NCBI GenBank assembly: GCA_963785725.1
Contig: CAWAWS010000004.1
Span: 64,001 to 128,000 of the forward strand
DNA: 64,000 bases
From: an uncultured delta proteobacterium
GTDB taxonomy: Bacteria; Myxococcota_A; Polyangia; Palsa-1104
Direction of reading: 5' to 3'
The position numbers and the translations under genes were made by a program. Below, piece by piece: positions 1 to 11,300 of this stretch. How positions within the stretch are numbered: the first letter of the stretch is position 1; each line of letters starts with the position of its first letter. The notes beneath the pieces were generated by a model. It was not told where the DNA came from. It searched no databases and saw only the letters and a list, made by a program, of their open reading frames with translations.

Positions 1-166
1 GTGTCGAATCGCACGCCGACGATGCCGTTTCCCGTCTTGAACGCTTAGCCCGATTCAACTTTGCGCACGATCGTGGAGCCGGAACGTCGCTCGGCTGGCG
101 GGGCGTGCGTGCGTGTGGAAACGGGGTGCCCGCTGGGCTTGCGTGCAGATTGCGTAGTCGAGGCGC

Positions 167-527
167 GCAACTTTCTGCGCGTAATCGCGATAAAGGGAGG
201 GCGGATGGGGGGAATTCCGACGAGCCCACCATCCTCCGGAATCGATCGTCGTCACTAAGGAATCGATCGTCGTCACTAAGGAATCGACCGTCGCGACTAA
301 GGAATCGACCGTCGCGACTAAGGAATCGATCGTCGCGACTAAGGAATCGATCGTCGCGACGGAGGAATCCATCGGTTACGACGAGGGAATCGATCATCGC
401 GACGAAAGGAAACCGATCGTCGCGACGGAGGAATCGATCGGTTACGACGAGAAATCGAACCTCGGGAATCGATCATCGTGACAAAGAAGATCGATCGTCG
501 CGACGAACGAAATCGATCGTCGTGATC
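167..527. repeat. Dispersed repeat, copy 1: GCAACTT..GCGATAA leader, hairpin (196-237) and tandem array of about 13 21-22 bp units
   Basis: Units GGAATCGATCGTCG(T/C)(C/G)ACTAA start at 238, 259, 280, 301, 322 and 343, then degenerate; the head matches copies at 3204, 7939, 8063 and 8175. Confidence 0.9.
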
Positions 528-581
528 GCCCAACAACTTTTCCAACCACCAACCGAACGGCGCCGCCATCCGCGCCGCGCG

Positions 582-2358
<1,777 letters not shown>

Positions 2359-2389
2359 TCGATTTGGCTCCATTGCGGTTCCGTTGGAG

Positions 2390-2405
2390 TGCACTTCGGA
2401 TGCCA
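2390..2405 (-). promoter_or_regulatory. Sigma54 -24/-12 motif TGGCATCCGAAGTGCA
   Basis: GG-N10-GC upstream of the EBP start at 2358. Confidence 0.7.
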
Positions 2406-2556
2406 CCTGGATGCCCTTACGTTTCCTTGCCTCGATGCCGAGCGCCGCCTCGCGCTGTGCCTGCACGCACCACTGGTAAATCGGCGATCGGCAAGCGCTG
2501 CACACCCGTGACGCGCGCGACGTACGCAGCAGGCCCGTATTCCGCTACGATACGGA

Positions 2557-2572
2557 AGGCACGCGATTCGCA
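2557..2572 (+). promoter_or_regulatory. Sigma54 -24/-12 motif AGGCACGCGATTCGCA
   Basis: GGCACG..GC spacing upstream of 2612. Confidence 0.65.
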
Positions 2573-2611
2573 TCAACCTATCTTTCTGCAAGCCCAGACG
2601 AGGAGAGCGAC

Positions 2612-2830
2612 ATGGAGAAGACGACCGGCGGAATCAAGACGGCGAACGGCAGCATCGCGGCACACGCCGAGGATCTGAGCGAGCAGGCCATGGCGCAGAT
2701 CGATCGGTTGCGTGAGCAGGCCGGCGAAGTCTCGGAGCGCGTCGTGGGATTCATCAAGGAGCGTCCCGGCACGTCGCTGCTGATCGCGGCGGCGGCCGGT
2801 TATCTCATCGGCCGCATGCTGCGGTCGTAA
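2612..2830 (+). CDS. DUF883/ElaB-YqjD-like small tail-anchored protein
   Basis: GAGGAG RBS; FIKERPGTSLLIAAAAGYLIGRML C-terminal motif. Confidence 0.75.
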   Translation: MEKTTGGIKTANGSIAAHAEDLSEQAMAQIDRLREQAGEVSERVVGFIKERPGTSLLIAAAAGYLIGRMLRS

Positions 2831-2848
2831 GCAACCTTCAACCAGGAG

Positions 2849-3109
2849 ATGGCGAACATGGATTTCAACAAGAAAGACATCTTGAGCGCGCTCGGCCTCG
2901 AGACGGAGTCGAATTTCTGGACGGCGGCGATGGCCGGCTTCGGGGTCGGCTGCCTCGTCGGCGCGGCGGTCGCGATCATGGTCGCGCCGAAGAGCGGCAA
3001 AGAGCTGCGCTCGGACCTCACCGACAAGGCGCGCGATCTCATCAACCGCGGCAAGGACGAGGTCGCCAGCCTCAACATCGGCACCAAGAGCTCATCACCG
3101 ACGTACTAA
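2849..3109 (+). CDS. YtxH-domain protein
   Basis: GCLVGAAVAIMVAPKSGKELR signature. Confidence 0.85.
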   Translation: MANMDFNKKDILSALGLETESNFWTAAMAGFGVGCLVGAAVAIMVAPKSGKELRSDLTDKARDLINRGKDEVASLNIGTKSSSPTY

Positions 3110-3143
3110 CGGACTCATCGTCGGCAAATGACGTGGAACACGA

Positions 3144-3182
3144 AAGAGGCGGCCGGATGACTCGGTCGCCTCTTCTCGTTTT
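3144..3182 (+). terminator. Intrinsic terminator-like hairpin
   Basis: AAGAGGCGGCCG..CGGTCGCCTCTT stem, then CTCGTTTT, after the ytxH-like gene. Confidence 0.6.
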
Positions 3183-3203
3183 CGGAGCGTGAGCGCGGAC
3201 GAC

Positions 3204-3408
3204 GCAACTTTTGCGGCGCGCGGGCGATAAAGGGAGGGCGGATGGGGGGAATTCCGACGAGCCCACCATCCTCCGGAATCGATCGTCGTGACGCTGGAAT
3301 CGATCGCTCGCGACGCTGGAATCGATCGTCGTGACGCAGGAATCGATCGCTCGCGACGCAGGAATCGATCGCTCGCGACGCTGGGCTCGATCGCTGGTAT
3401 CGATCGCC
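3204..3408. repeat. Dispersed repeat, copy 2: hairpin plus five 21/22-bp units
   Basis: Same GATAAAGGGAGGGCGGATGGGGGGAATTCCGACGAGCCCACCATCCTCC head as copy 1; units at 3275, 3296, 3318, 3339 and 3361. Confidence 0.9.
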
Positions 3409-3483
3409 CGGCCCCGATAGCCGACCGGCCTCGATCGTCCACCGTCCACCGGCATCGATCCCCGCCGTCCACCGCGCAAAGCA

Positions 3484-3515
3484 GAAGAGGCGGCCGTTTT
3501 AACGGCCGCCTCTTC
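3484..3515 (-). terminator. Perfect inverted repeat downstream of the sigma gene
   Basis: GAAGAGGCGGCCGTT-TT-AACGGCCGCCTCTTC. Confidence 0.65.
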
Positions 3516-3534
3516 GCGAACACCCATAGTGCGA

Positions 3535-4404
3535 CTAAACGTAGCCGTCGAGGTCGGGCAGCGGCGCGTCGTCACGCACGCCACAAAAGCTGCGCAGCTT
3601 CGACTTGGCGCGCAGCTCGAGCTGACGCACGCGCTCGCGGCTGATGCCGAACTTCTTGCCCAGCGACGCCAACGTCGCCGGCCGCGAGCGCATGTGGCGC
3701 GCGCGAATGATGGCGCGCTCGCGCGGATCGAGCACCTTGAGCCCCTCGAAGAGCTGCACTTTGCGCGCGTCATCCTCTTCGAGACCGGCGACCATGTCTT
3801 CCGGCGTCGGCGCGTCTTCGGCGAGCACGCCGCCCAAGTCGCGGCGATCGTCGGGCGAGCGCGGCGCGTCGAGCGACAGATCGTGACCGGTCAGGCGCGG
3901 CGTCATCGCCTCGACGTCCTCGCGCTCGACGCCGAGCGCGCCGGCCAGCGACTCGGCGTCGGTGGCCTCGCCTTCACGCTCGAGCTTGCGCCGCGCGCGG
4001 CCGAGCCCGAAGAAGATCTTGCGCTGCGAGCGCGTCGTGCCGATGCGCACCGGCCCGTGCGAGCGCACCACATGCTCCAACATACACGCACGTATCCAGT
4101 AAGTAGCGTAGGTCGCCAGCCGCGTCGCCCGCGCCGGATCGAAGCGCCGCGCGGCGATCGTCAGGCCCAGGTTGCCCTCTTGAATGAGGTCCTCCATCGA
4201 CGGCCCCGAGTGGCGGAACTCCATGGCGATGCGAATGACGAGACCGAGGTGCGCTTGAACCATGCGCGCCAACGCCGTCTCGTCCTCCATCGTCAGCCAG
4301 CGACGGGAGAGCCGATGCTCCTCCTCAATCGACAGCGGCCCTTCGCGCGCCGGCAGCGGCATTGCCGGCTCGACTTCATGGTGCTGCCCCTGCGTCATCG
4401 ACAT
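3535..4404 (-). CDS. RpoH/sigma32-like sigma70-family factor
   Basis: DLIQEGNLGL, TYATYWIRA, RpoH-box-like GTTRSQRKIFF, ISRERVRQLE. Confidence 0.9.
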   Translation of the reverse strand: MSMTQGQHHEVEPAMPLPAREGPLSIEEEHRLSRRWLTMEDETALARMVQAHLGLVIRIAMEFRHSGPSMEDLIQEGNLGLTIAARRFDPARATRLATYATYWIRACMLEHVVRSHGPVRIGTTRSQRKIFFGLGRARRKLEREGEATDAESLAGALGVEREDVEAMTPRLTGHDLSLDAPRSPDDRRDLGGVLAEDAPTPEDMVAGLEEDDARKVQLFEGLKVLDPRERAIIRARHMRSRPATLASLGKKFGISRERVRQLELRAKSKLRSFCGVRDDAPLPDLDGYV

Positions 4405-4425
4405 GGTGAGCGCCTCCCTGAAGAT

Positions 4426-4791
4426 TTAGTGCTGCGAGCGATCAGCGGTGCGAGTCTTGCGACGTGGCGGCGTCGGCGTCTCCGCCGGCTCTTTCCCAGA
4501 CAGCGCGTTCATCAGCAGTCCCGGTCCCACTTCGGCGATGAGCTGCTTGAGCGCGCCCCCGAACGCGAAGCGCAGCCCAATCTGCGCCAGCCGCGCCGTC
4601 GTGCGCGACACCAGCGCGCCCGACAGCACATAGCCGACACCAAACGCGATCCCCACCGACTGCAGCGGCTTGGCCTGCACGAAGCTCGTCACCGTCTCGC
4701 GCAGCTCGTTGGCCTTCTCAGTCAGCTCCTGGCGCAGCTCGTCGACATGTTCGTCGATGTTTTCGCCGGGTTGTTCCGTGCTCTTCTCCAT
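4426..4791 (-). CDS. DUF883-like small membrane protein, probably co-transcribed with the sigma gene
   Basis: GAGGAGG upstream; FVQAKPLQSVGIAFGVGYVLSG. Confidence 0.7.
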   Translation of the reverse strand: MEKSTEQPGENIDEHVDELRQELTEKANELRETVTSFVQAKPLQSVGIAFGVGYVLSGALVSRTTARLAQIGLRFAFGGALKQLIAEVGPGLLMNALSGKEPAETPTPPRRKTRTADRSQH

Positions 4792-4824
4792 CGGACGAAT
4801 CCCTCCTCGGGTTCTCGGCGTCTG

Positions 4825-4840
4825 TGCAGCTTCCGTGCCC
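4825..4840 (-). promoter_or_regulatory. Sigma54 -24/-12 motif GGGCACGGAAGCTGCA
   Basis: GGCACG-N5-TGCA upstream of 4791. Confidence 0.7.
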
Positions 4841-5095
4841 CGTGTCAGACAGCAGCGCGCATCGAAATCACACGCTTTTATTGCCCGCCACAAACTCCGG
4901 CGTTGCAGCTTTTGCTCATGGCCTTAGATGCAGGTGTAACCAAAAAGTGCTCTCATCCACGCCGACACGGCCTTTCGCGCCGGTGCGCCCCGAAACTCCG
5001 CACAAGTTCCGGCTAGTTGAACGGTTGCAAATCCTGCCTAGGCGCTATGTGCATTTTTGGCTTGCACGCGTACCGGCAATGTTTACAACGGGCAG

Positions 5096-6517
5096 ATGGC
5101 TGAAGGCTCCGACAACGGCGCGACGGCGCTGGCCGAGTATCCCGGCCGGCCTCTGCAGGGTGCGCCCAAGAAGGTGCTGGTCGTCGACGACGAGCCGGAG
5201 ACGGCCGGCGGCTTGGCCGATATTTTACGCGAGGACGGTTACCACGTAGATGTCGTGCATTCGGCCGAGGACGCCGTCGAGAAGTTCAAGGCCGACACCT
5301 ACCACCTCTTGCTCACCGATCTACTGCTACCGGGGAAGTCAGGCGTAGAGCTGACCAAGATCGTGCACGACGCGGCGCCGGCGACGGCGATCGTGCTCAT
5401 CACCGGCCACGCGACGGTCAAGACGGCGGTCTCGGCGTTGAAGCGCGGCGCGTCCGATTACATTCGCAAGCCGGTCAATCCGAAGAAGCTGCGCGAGCGG
5501 GTGCAGAGCCTGCTCGAGGGCCGGCCCGACTATCTGCCGAACAAGATGCTGGCGGTCGGGCGCTCGGGCGTCGTGCTCTTCGAAGGCATGATGGCGCGCT
5601 CGCGCGTGATGCACAACGTGTTCGAGAAGATCAAGCTGGCGGCGCAGTCGGACGCGACGGTGCTGATCACGGGTGAGTCGGGCACGGGCAAAGAGCTGGT
5701 GGCGCGCGCGATTCACATGCGCTCCAAGCGCGCGCAAGGGCCGTTCGTGGCCGTGCACACGGGCGCGATTCCGCGCGAGCTGATCGCGTCGGAGCTGTTC
5801 GGCCACGAGCGCGGATCGTTCACCGGCGCCGTCGACAAGAAAGAGGGCAAGTTCGAGCTCGCCGACGGCGGCACCATCTTCCTCGACGAAATTTCGACGA
5901 TGGACGAGCGCACGCAGATCAACTTGCTGCGCGTGCTCGAGTCGTTCGCGTACATGCGCATCGGCGGCAAGAAGGAGCGGCAGGCGAACGTGCGCGTGGT
6001 CGCGGCCACCAATCGCGACTTGATGCAGATGTCGGAGGAGAATCAGTTCCGCGAAGATCTCTATTACCGATTGAACATTCTGCAGATCAATCTGCCGCCG
6101 GTGCGCGAGCGACGGGAAGACATCGCGCTCTTGGCGACGGAGTTCATGGCGCACTTCGCGGCCCATTATCGCAAGCCGATGCAAGTGGTGCCGGCGGAGA
6201 CGCAGCGGCTGCTCGAGGGTTATCACTGGCCCGGCAACGTTCGCGAGCTGCGCAACGTCGTCGAGCAGGCCGTGCTGTTGGCGCGCACGCCGTCGCTCGA
6301 TCCGGAGCTGTTGCCGCAGATGATTTATCGCGCCGGGCCGGTCGAGGACATCATTCGTATTCCGCTCGGGGCGACGATGCGCGACGCGGAGAAAGAGATC
6401 ATTTTGCGCACGCTCGAAGCGCGCAAAGGCAACAAGAAGATCACGGCCGAGGTGCTCGGTATCTCGCGTCGCTCGCTCTACAACAAGCTGGCCGAATACG
6501 GCCTCGACGGCAAATGA
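5096..6517 (+). CDS. Sigma54-dependent response regulator (NtrC family)
   Basis: REC, GESGTGKE, GSFTGA, FLDEI, WPGNVRELRN, HTH. Confidence 0.95.
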   Translation: MAEGSDNGATALAEYPGRPLQGAPKKVLVVDDEPETAGGLADILREDGYHVDVVHSAEDAVEKFKADTYHLLLTDLLLPGKSGVELTKIVHDAAPATAIVLITGHATVKTAVSALKRGASDYIRKPVNPKKLRERVQSLLEGRPDYLPNKMLAVGRSGVVLFEGMMARSRVMHNVFEKIKLAAQSDATVLITGESGTGKELVARAIHMRSKRAQGPFVAVHTGAIPRELIASELFGHERGSFTGAVDKKEGKFELADGGTIFLDEISTMDERTQINLLRVLESFAYMRIGGKKERQANVRVVAATNRDLMQMSEENQFREDLYYRLNILQINLPPVRERREDIALLATEFMAHFAAHYRKPMQVVPAETQRLLEGYHWPGNVRELRNVVEQAVLLARTPSLDPELLPQMIYRAGPVEDIIRIPLGATMRDAEKEIILRTLEARKGNKKITAEVLGISRRSLYNKLAEYGLDGK

Positions 6518-6527
6518 GAGCGCGACG

Positions 6528-7193
6528 ATGAAGGTGCACGAGCTGCAGCACCTGGCGGCGGCGATGGCGCACGAGGTGCGTAATCCGCTCAACTCGATGG
6601 CGATTCACGTCGAGCTGCTGGAGTCGCGGCTGCGCAAAGAGGGCGCGGCGCCCGAGGCGCTGAAGTCGCTCGGCGTGCTCGCCGACGAGATCGAGCGCGT
6701 CGACAAGATCTTGGAGCAATATTTGACGTTCGCCGGGCCGACGGAAGCGGCGCGCGTGACGTTGCCGGCGCGGCAAGTGCTCGACGGCGTGTTGGCGCGG
6801 CTGGCCGACGACGCGAAGGCGCGCGGCGTGACGCTGGCGCTCGAGGGCGGCGAAGGCGCGTGGGCAGTGGATGCCGAGGCGTTGACCGAGGCGCTGGTGG
6901 CGGTGGGGGAGAACGCGGTGGCGGCGTCGCCGGCGGGCTCGCAGGTGATCATCAGCGCGCGGACGGACGCCGATCGCGATCAGGCGGAGGTCACGATCGC
7001 CGACGCCGGCGCGCCCATCGCCGACGGCGATTCGGCGAAGGTGTTTCATATGGGGAGCAAGCGATCGGGCGGCGAGCTCGGGTTGACGGTGGCGAAGCAG
7101 ATCGTCAAAGGACACGGCGGGAGCATCACGGTGAAGGCGCGCGAGGGCGGGAACTTGTTTACGATTCGGCTGCCGTTGGATTTCGAGACGTAG
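6528..7193 (+). CDS. Sensor-less histidine kinase core (HisKA + HATPase)
   Basis: AHEVRNPLNSM H-box near the N-terminus; altered G boxes DAGAPI and GGELGL. Confidence 0.8.
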   Translation: MKVHELQHLAAAMAHEVRNPLNSMAIHVELLESRLRKEGAAPEALKSLGVLADEIERVDKILEQYLTFAGPTEAARVTLPARQVLDGVLARLADDAKARGVTLALEGGEGAWAVDAEALTEALVAVGENAVAASPAGSQVIISARTDADRDQAEVTIADAGAPIADGDSAKVFHMGSKRSGGELGLTVAKQIVKGHGGSITVKAREGGNLFTIRLPLDFET

Positions 7194-7200
7194 CGTAGGC

Positions 7201-7791
7201 TCACGGCGTCGGCGCATAGTGAGCGAAGACGAAGTCGTGATCTTTGGCCGGCTGATGGCAGGGGAAGCAGGCTTGGTGTAAGGCCTCGTCGCCGGGTTTG
7301 CCGTCCTTGAAGTCAGCGAATCCCCAGCCGCCCGTCGCCGCGTACTTTTTCGAGTCCTTGACCATGAATTGAACATTCACGGCCGAGCCGACTACGAAAG
7401 ATCGCGCGCCCGGGAATTTAGCGACGAGGACTTTATCGTTGTCTGTCGCCGGGACACGCTTCCAATGGAGCGCCGCAATGATCGCGCCGTCTGGGAAGGG
7501 AATTTTGCCCTCTTTGAAGGCCTTGATCGCTATCTCGTTGCCGAGCTGGGCGCGCAGCTGGTCGAGCTTGCCGGTCGTCAGGGTGTCCACGGCGATCAAT
7601 TTCCAATCGCGGTATCCGGGCGGAATGGTGACGCCGTAGATCGGTGAGGCGTTGGCCGCACCAGGCCGTGGCTGGGGCTCCCGTGTGCTTTGCGCCGCCG
7701 ACTTCGCGATGTGCACCGCACAAACGGCGATGGCGACGCAACTGCCGAGGACACCGCAGTGTTTGAGCGCGCGCGCGGATGCGTGAAGCAT
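7201..7791 (-). CDS. Cytochrome P460 / c'-beta family protein
   Basis: GYRDWKLI, FPDGAII, MVKDSKKYAATGGWGFADF, C-terminal CFPCH; signal-like N-terminus. Confidence 0.85.
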   Translation of the reverse strand: MLHASARALKHCGVLGSCVAIAVCAVHIAKSAAQSTREPQPRPGAANASPIYGVTIPPGYRDWKLIAVDTLTTGKLDQLRAQLGNEIAIKAFKEGKIPFPDGAIIAALHWKRVPATDNDKVLVAKFPGARSFVVGSAVNVQFMVKDSKKYAATGGWGFADFKDGKPGDEALHQACFPCHQPAKDHDFVFAHYAPTP

Positions 7792-7938
7792 GGCGTCTCC
7801 TCTCGCGTGGTCGCGACGAAGCGACATGGGCGCACGATCGCTGCTGTCAAGTCGACGGTGGTCGTGTGCACTGCGGCTGCGCGAGGGCGGCCGCGTCGTG
7901 CTTCTCGTCGTGACGCTGCGCTGCTGATGAACGGACAC

Positions 7939-8262
7939 GCAACTTCTTGGGCGCAAGGGCGATAAGTGGGGAGGGCGGTCGGGGGAAATTCCGCCGGAGT
8001 CGAGCGGGAGCCCACCATCCTCCGGAATCGATCGTCGCGAGTCGAACGCAAGACGACGCCTAGCAACTTCTCGCGGCGTGCGCCGATAAGTGGGGAGGGC
8101 GGTCGGGGGAAATTACGCCGAGCCCACCATCCTCCGGAATCGATCGTCGCGAGCCGAACGCAAGACGACGCCTAGCAACTTCTCGCGGCGTGCGCCGATA
8201 AGTGGGGAGGGCGGTCGGGGGAAATTACGCCGAGCCCACCATCCTCCGGAATCGATCGTCGC
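7939..8262. repeat. Dispersed repeat, copies 3-5 in tandem (112-bp period for the last two)
   Basis: GCAACTT at 7939, 8063 and 8175, each followed by the hairpin and one GGAATCGATCGTCGC unit. Confidence 0.9.
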
Positions 8263-8320
8263 ACTCCCACCGAACCCACTCGCCCGCGCCGCTCTGCTCA
8301 CCGCCGCGCCGAACCCCGCC

Positions 8321-11300
8321 TCAGAACCTCACGGTCCAATACAAATTCACCCGTCCCACCGCCGCGTCCCCGAACGCCGTCTCCAGCTCATAGCGCTTCT
8401 TGAACCGCCACTCCAAATCCGCCTCATTCGAATTCAACCGCTGCGTCCCAATCGTCGTCGACCCAAACTGGTGCACATAGCTGACGTAAATCGTATCCGT
8501 AATGTACTTGCCGACCTCGATCCGCGTATCGCCGAGCCCGCTCGAGTCGCTGCTGTTCGACCCACCGGTATCGACTTTGATGACGTCGATCGGCAGGTTC
8601 GGCGCGATCTGATCCTTGATCTTCCCCACGACGAGCCCACTGATCGCGCCCGTCGCCTTCTGGTCGAGCGAGCGATCATCGGTCCGCTGCTGCGCCGGAT
8701 CGCCCGACAAAATCGCGCCGATGATCTCCGACTGATCATAAATCGGCGGATCGCACGACAACACGAGCTGCGGCTTCTTCGCCGTGCCGTGCACCTCGAT
8801 GACCAAGATCGTCTCCGACAACTCCCGCGTCAGTCGAATATCGAGCTGCGGATTCGGATCGACCTCACCCGCCAGCACGATCTCCAGCTTCTCGATGTTG
8901 TAACGCCGACTGAGCAGCTCGATCCAGCCGGCATTGGCCTCGACGCGGCCGCGCACGCGCACCGTCGCGCCCGCGATGTCGACGCCCAGCTCACCCTTCA
9001 AATCGGTCGACAACTCCTTGCCGCGAATATGAAACGGCCCCGGAATCTTCGCCGACAGCGCCACGGTCGGCGCCTCGTCCGCCTCCTTCTTGTCTTTCGC
9101 CGCCTGCCGCAGCGCCGCCGGATCCGTAAACTTCACGTCCGGCAGCGGCCCCGTCGACTGCAAGCTGCGCCCGGCGACGTCCGCCAGCGCCGGCAGCCGC
9201 GCCGTGCCCTTCTCGATCGTGATCGTCCCCGACATGCCGTCGGGGCTGCGCGATCCCTGCGCGTGCACGTCGGCGTCGAGGAACGTGCCGACATTGCCGG
9301 GCGCGATCGGAAATTTCCGCGCGTAGGCCCGCAAATCCATCGACTGCGGCTTCAGTCCCGCGAGCACGACCCAGCCGTTCGCCTTGACGCTGCCGTCGCC
9401 GAGCTTGGCCTCCGCGTCCTTCAGCGTCACGCGACCGGGCGCGATCTCGACGTCGACTTTGACGTTCGTATACAGCCGCGGATCGTCCGCCAGCGCCAAC
9501 TGCCCATTATCGAAGCGCACGAATCCCGTTATATTCGGCGCGCTGCGCGGCCCTTTGGCGTCGATCTGCGCCGACAGCGTGCCTTTGACGAGCCGCGGAT
9601 TCGTCAGATTCGCGTTCGACAGATCGATATAGAAATCCTTGGCGCGCACGGTCGCCGCGATCGGCTGCGACGCCGCCGCCGGCAAGGTCGCGTCGACCGT
9701 CAAGTTGCCGCCTTTGACCTCGTGCGCGTCGATCTTCGCCACGGCCTGCGCGTCGTCGTAGACCACATGCGCCGCAAACTTGTCGTACTGCATCGTCCCC
9801 AAGGTCAGCTGCGCGATATCCGCGTCCACTTTGCCGGTCGGCTTGGCGATCGTCCCGCGCACCGTCACCGCCGCCGTCAACTTGCCCGCCAATTGCGGCA
9901 CCAAATCCTTGACGGTCGCCAAATCGAAGCCGGGAATCTGCCCGTCGACGACGATCGGCGTCGCCGTGATCGGCTGATGATTCAACAGCCGCTCGACGTC
10001 GATCGGCGCCTCGCCTTTGAGCTGCACGATCGGCGATCCGCGCAACGACGCCGTCAGTTGCAGCGTCGCCTTGGCCTTCGCGTAGCCGCCGTTCAGCGCG
10101 AATTCGAGCTTGTCCGCTCTGCCCGCCGCCAGCTGATGCCCTTCGAGATCGAACGCCACCAGCGGCTGCTTCAGCGTGCCCGTCAGCTGCAGCGATCCAT
10201 CGAGCTCGCCTTTGCTGAACGGCGGCGTCATCCCCAACGCCTCGAACGGAAAGCGCGCCATATCCAGCTTCGCCAGCTTCACCTTCGCCGTCAGCGGCGT
10301 GTGCGCCTCGAGCTGCTGCCGCAGCGCCGCCGGCTTCATCCCCAACGTCAATGCAATCGGCACCGCCACTTCCGCCGTCAGCTGCCCGGCATTTCGCCCC
10401 AGCGCCGCCTGCATCAACGTCGCCGCGAGCTTGGCCGTGAGCGCGCGATTCTTGTAGGCAATCGCCAGCTGCAGATCGTCGTTCGGCGACTCCTGCCCGA
10501 GATTGACCGAGCGTCCGTGCACGTCGAGCGTCAGCTCCGGCCGATCGGTCGTCCCGCGCGCTTTGATGGACGCGTCCAGCTTTCCGTCGAGCTCCGCCAT
10601 CGCCACCGGCAACAGCGGCTTGAGCTGCGCCAACGCCACATCCTTGACGTCGAGGTCGAGCGACAATGGCCGACTGCCCGTCATCACCGCCGGCACATCG
10701 AGCGTCGCCTTCAGTGACTGACTGCCGGCATGGACCGCCAGGTCGCCTTTGGCGCGATCGTCGGCGTAACGCACGTTCACTTTGGCGTCGATGCGCGGCA
10801 TACCCAGCTGATCGGCGCGTTCGCTGTAGCCGCTGAGCGCGATGGTCGCCACCGGCTGCGCGCTCGTCCCGCTCGCGTCGATATCGACGTTGAGGTTCGT
10901 CTTCGGCACCTTCGCCGCTCGATTCGCCGGCTGCGCCAGCTGCGCCAGCTGATGCAGGTCGAGCGCGCGCGCGTTCACTTTGGCGGCCAGCGCGCCGCCG
11001 TCGAGCTGATAACGCGCCGAGAGGCTCAGCGTTTGCGCGCCCGACGCCAGCGCCAGGCCGTCGATGACGACTCCGCCGTGCACGCGCACCGTCGCCGCTT
11101 TCGTCGTCGCCCATTTCTGCTGCTGCCGCGTCACCGCCAATTGGTCGAGCGTCAAATCCGCGCCCGTCACCGCGTTGCCGCCGTTGCGCCGCACGACCGT
11201 CGGCGTGCCATGCGCCTGCAAGCTGATCCACGCCTCGTCCGGCCCATGCGCCGCCAGCGCGAGCTTGACCGCCTTCGTCGTGCCGCTCGCGTCCACGTTC

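Noticed and set aside
167..194. Repeat leader AAGTTGC as a sigma54 promoter
   Set aside because: No GG at the -24 position in the copies I checked.
55..372. Heptad-repeat ORF (VATIDSL)n
   Set aside because: It is a translation of the DNA repeat; 22-bp units break the frame in sister arrays.
238..527. CRISPR array
   Set aside because: Units abut without unique spacers, and there are no cas genes in the window.
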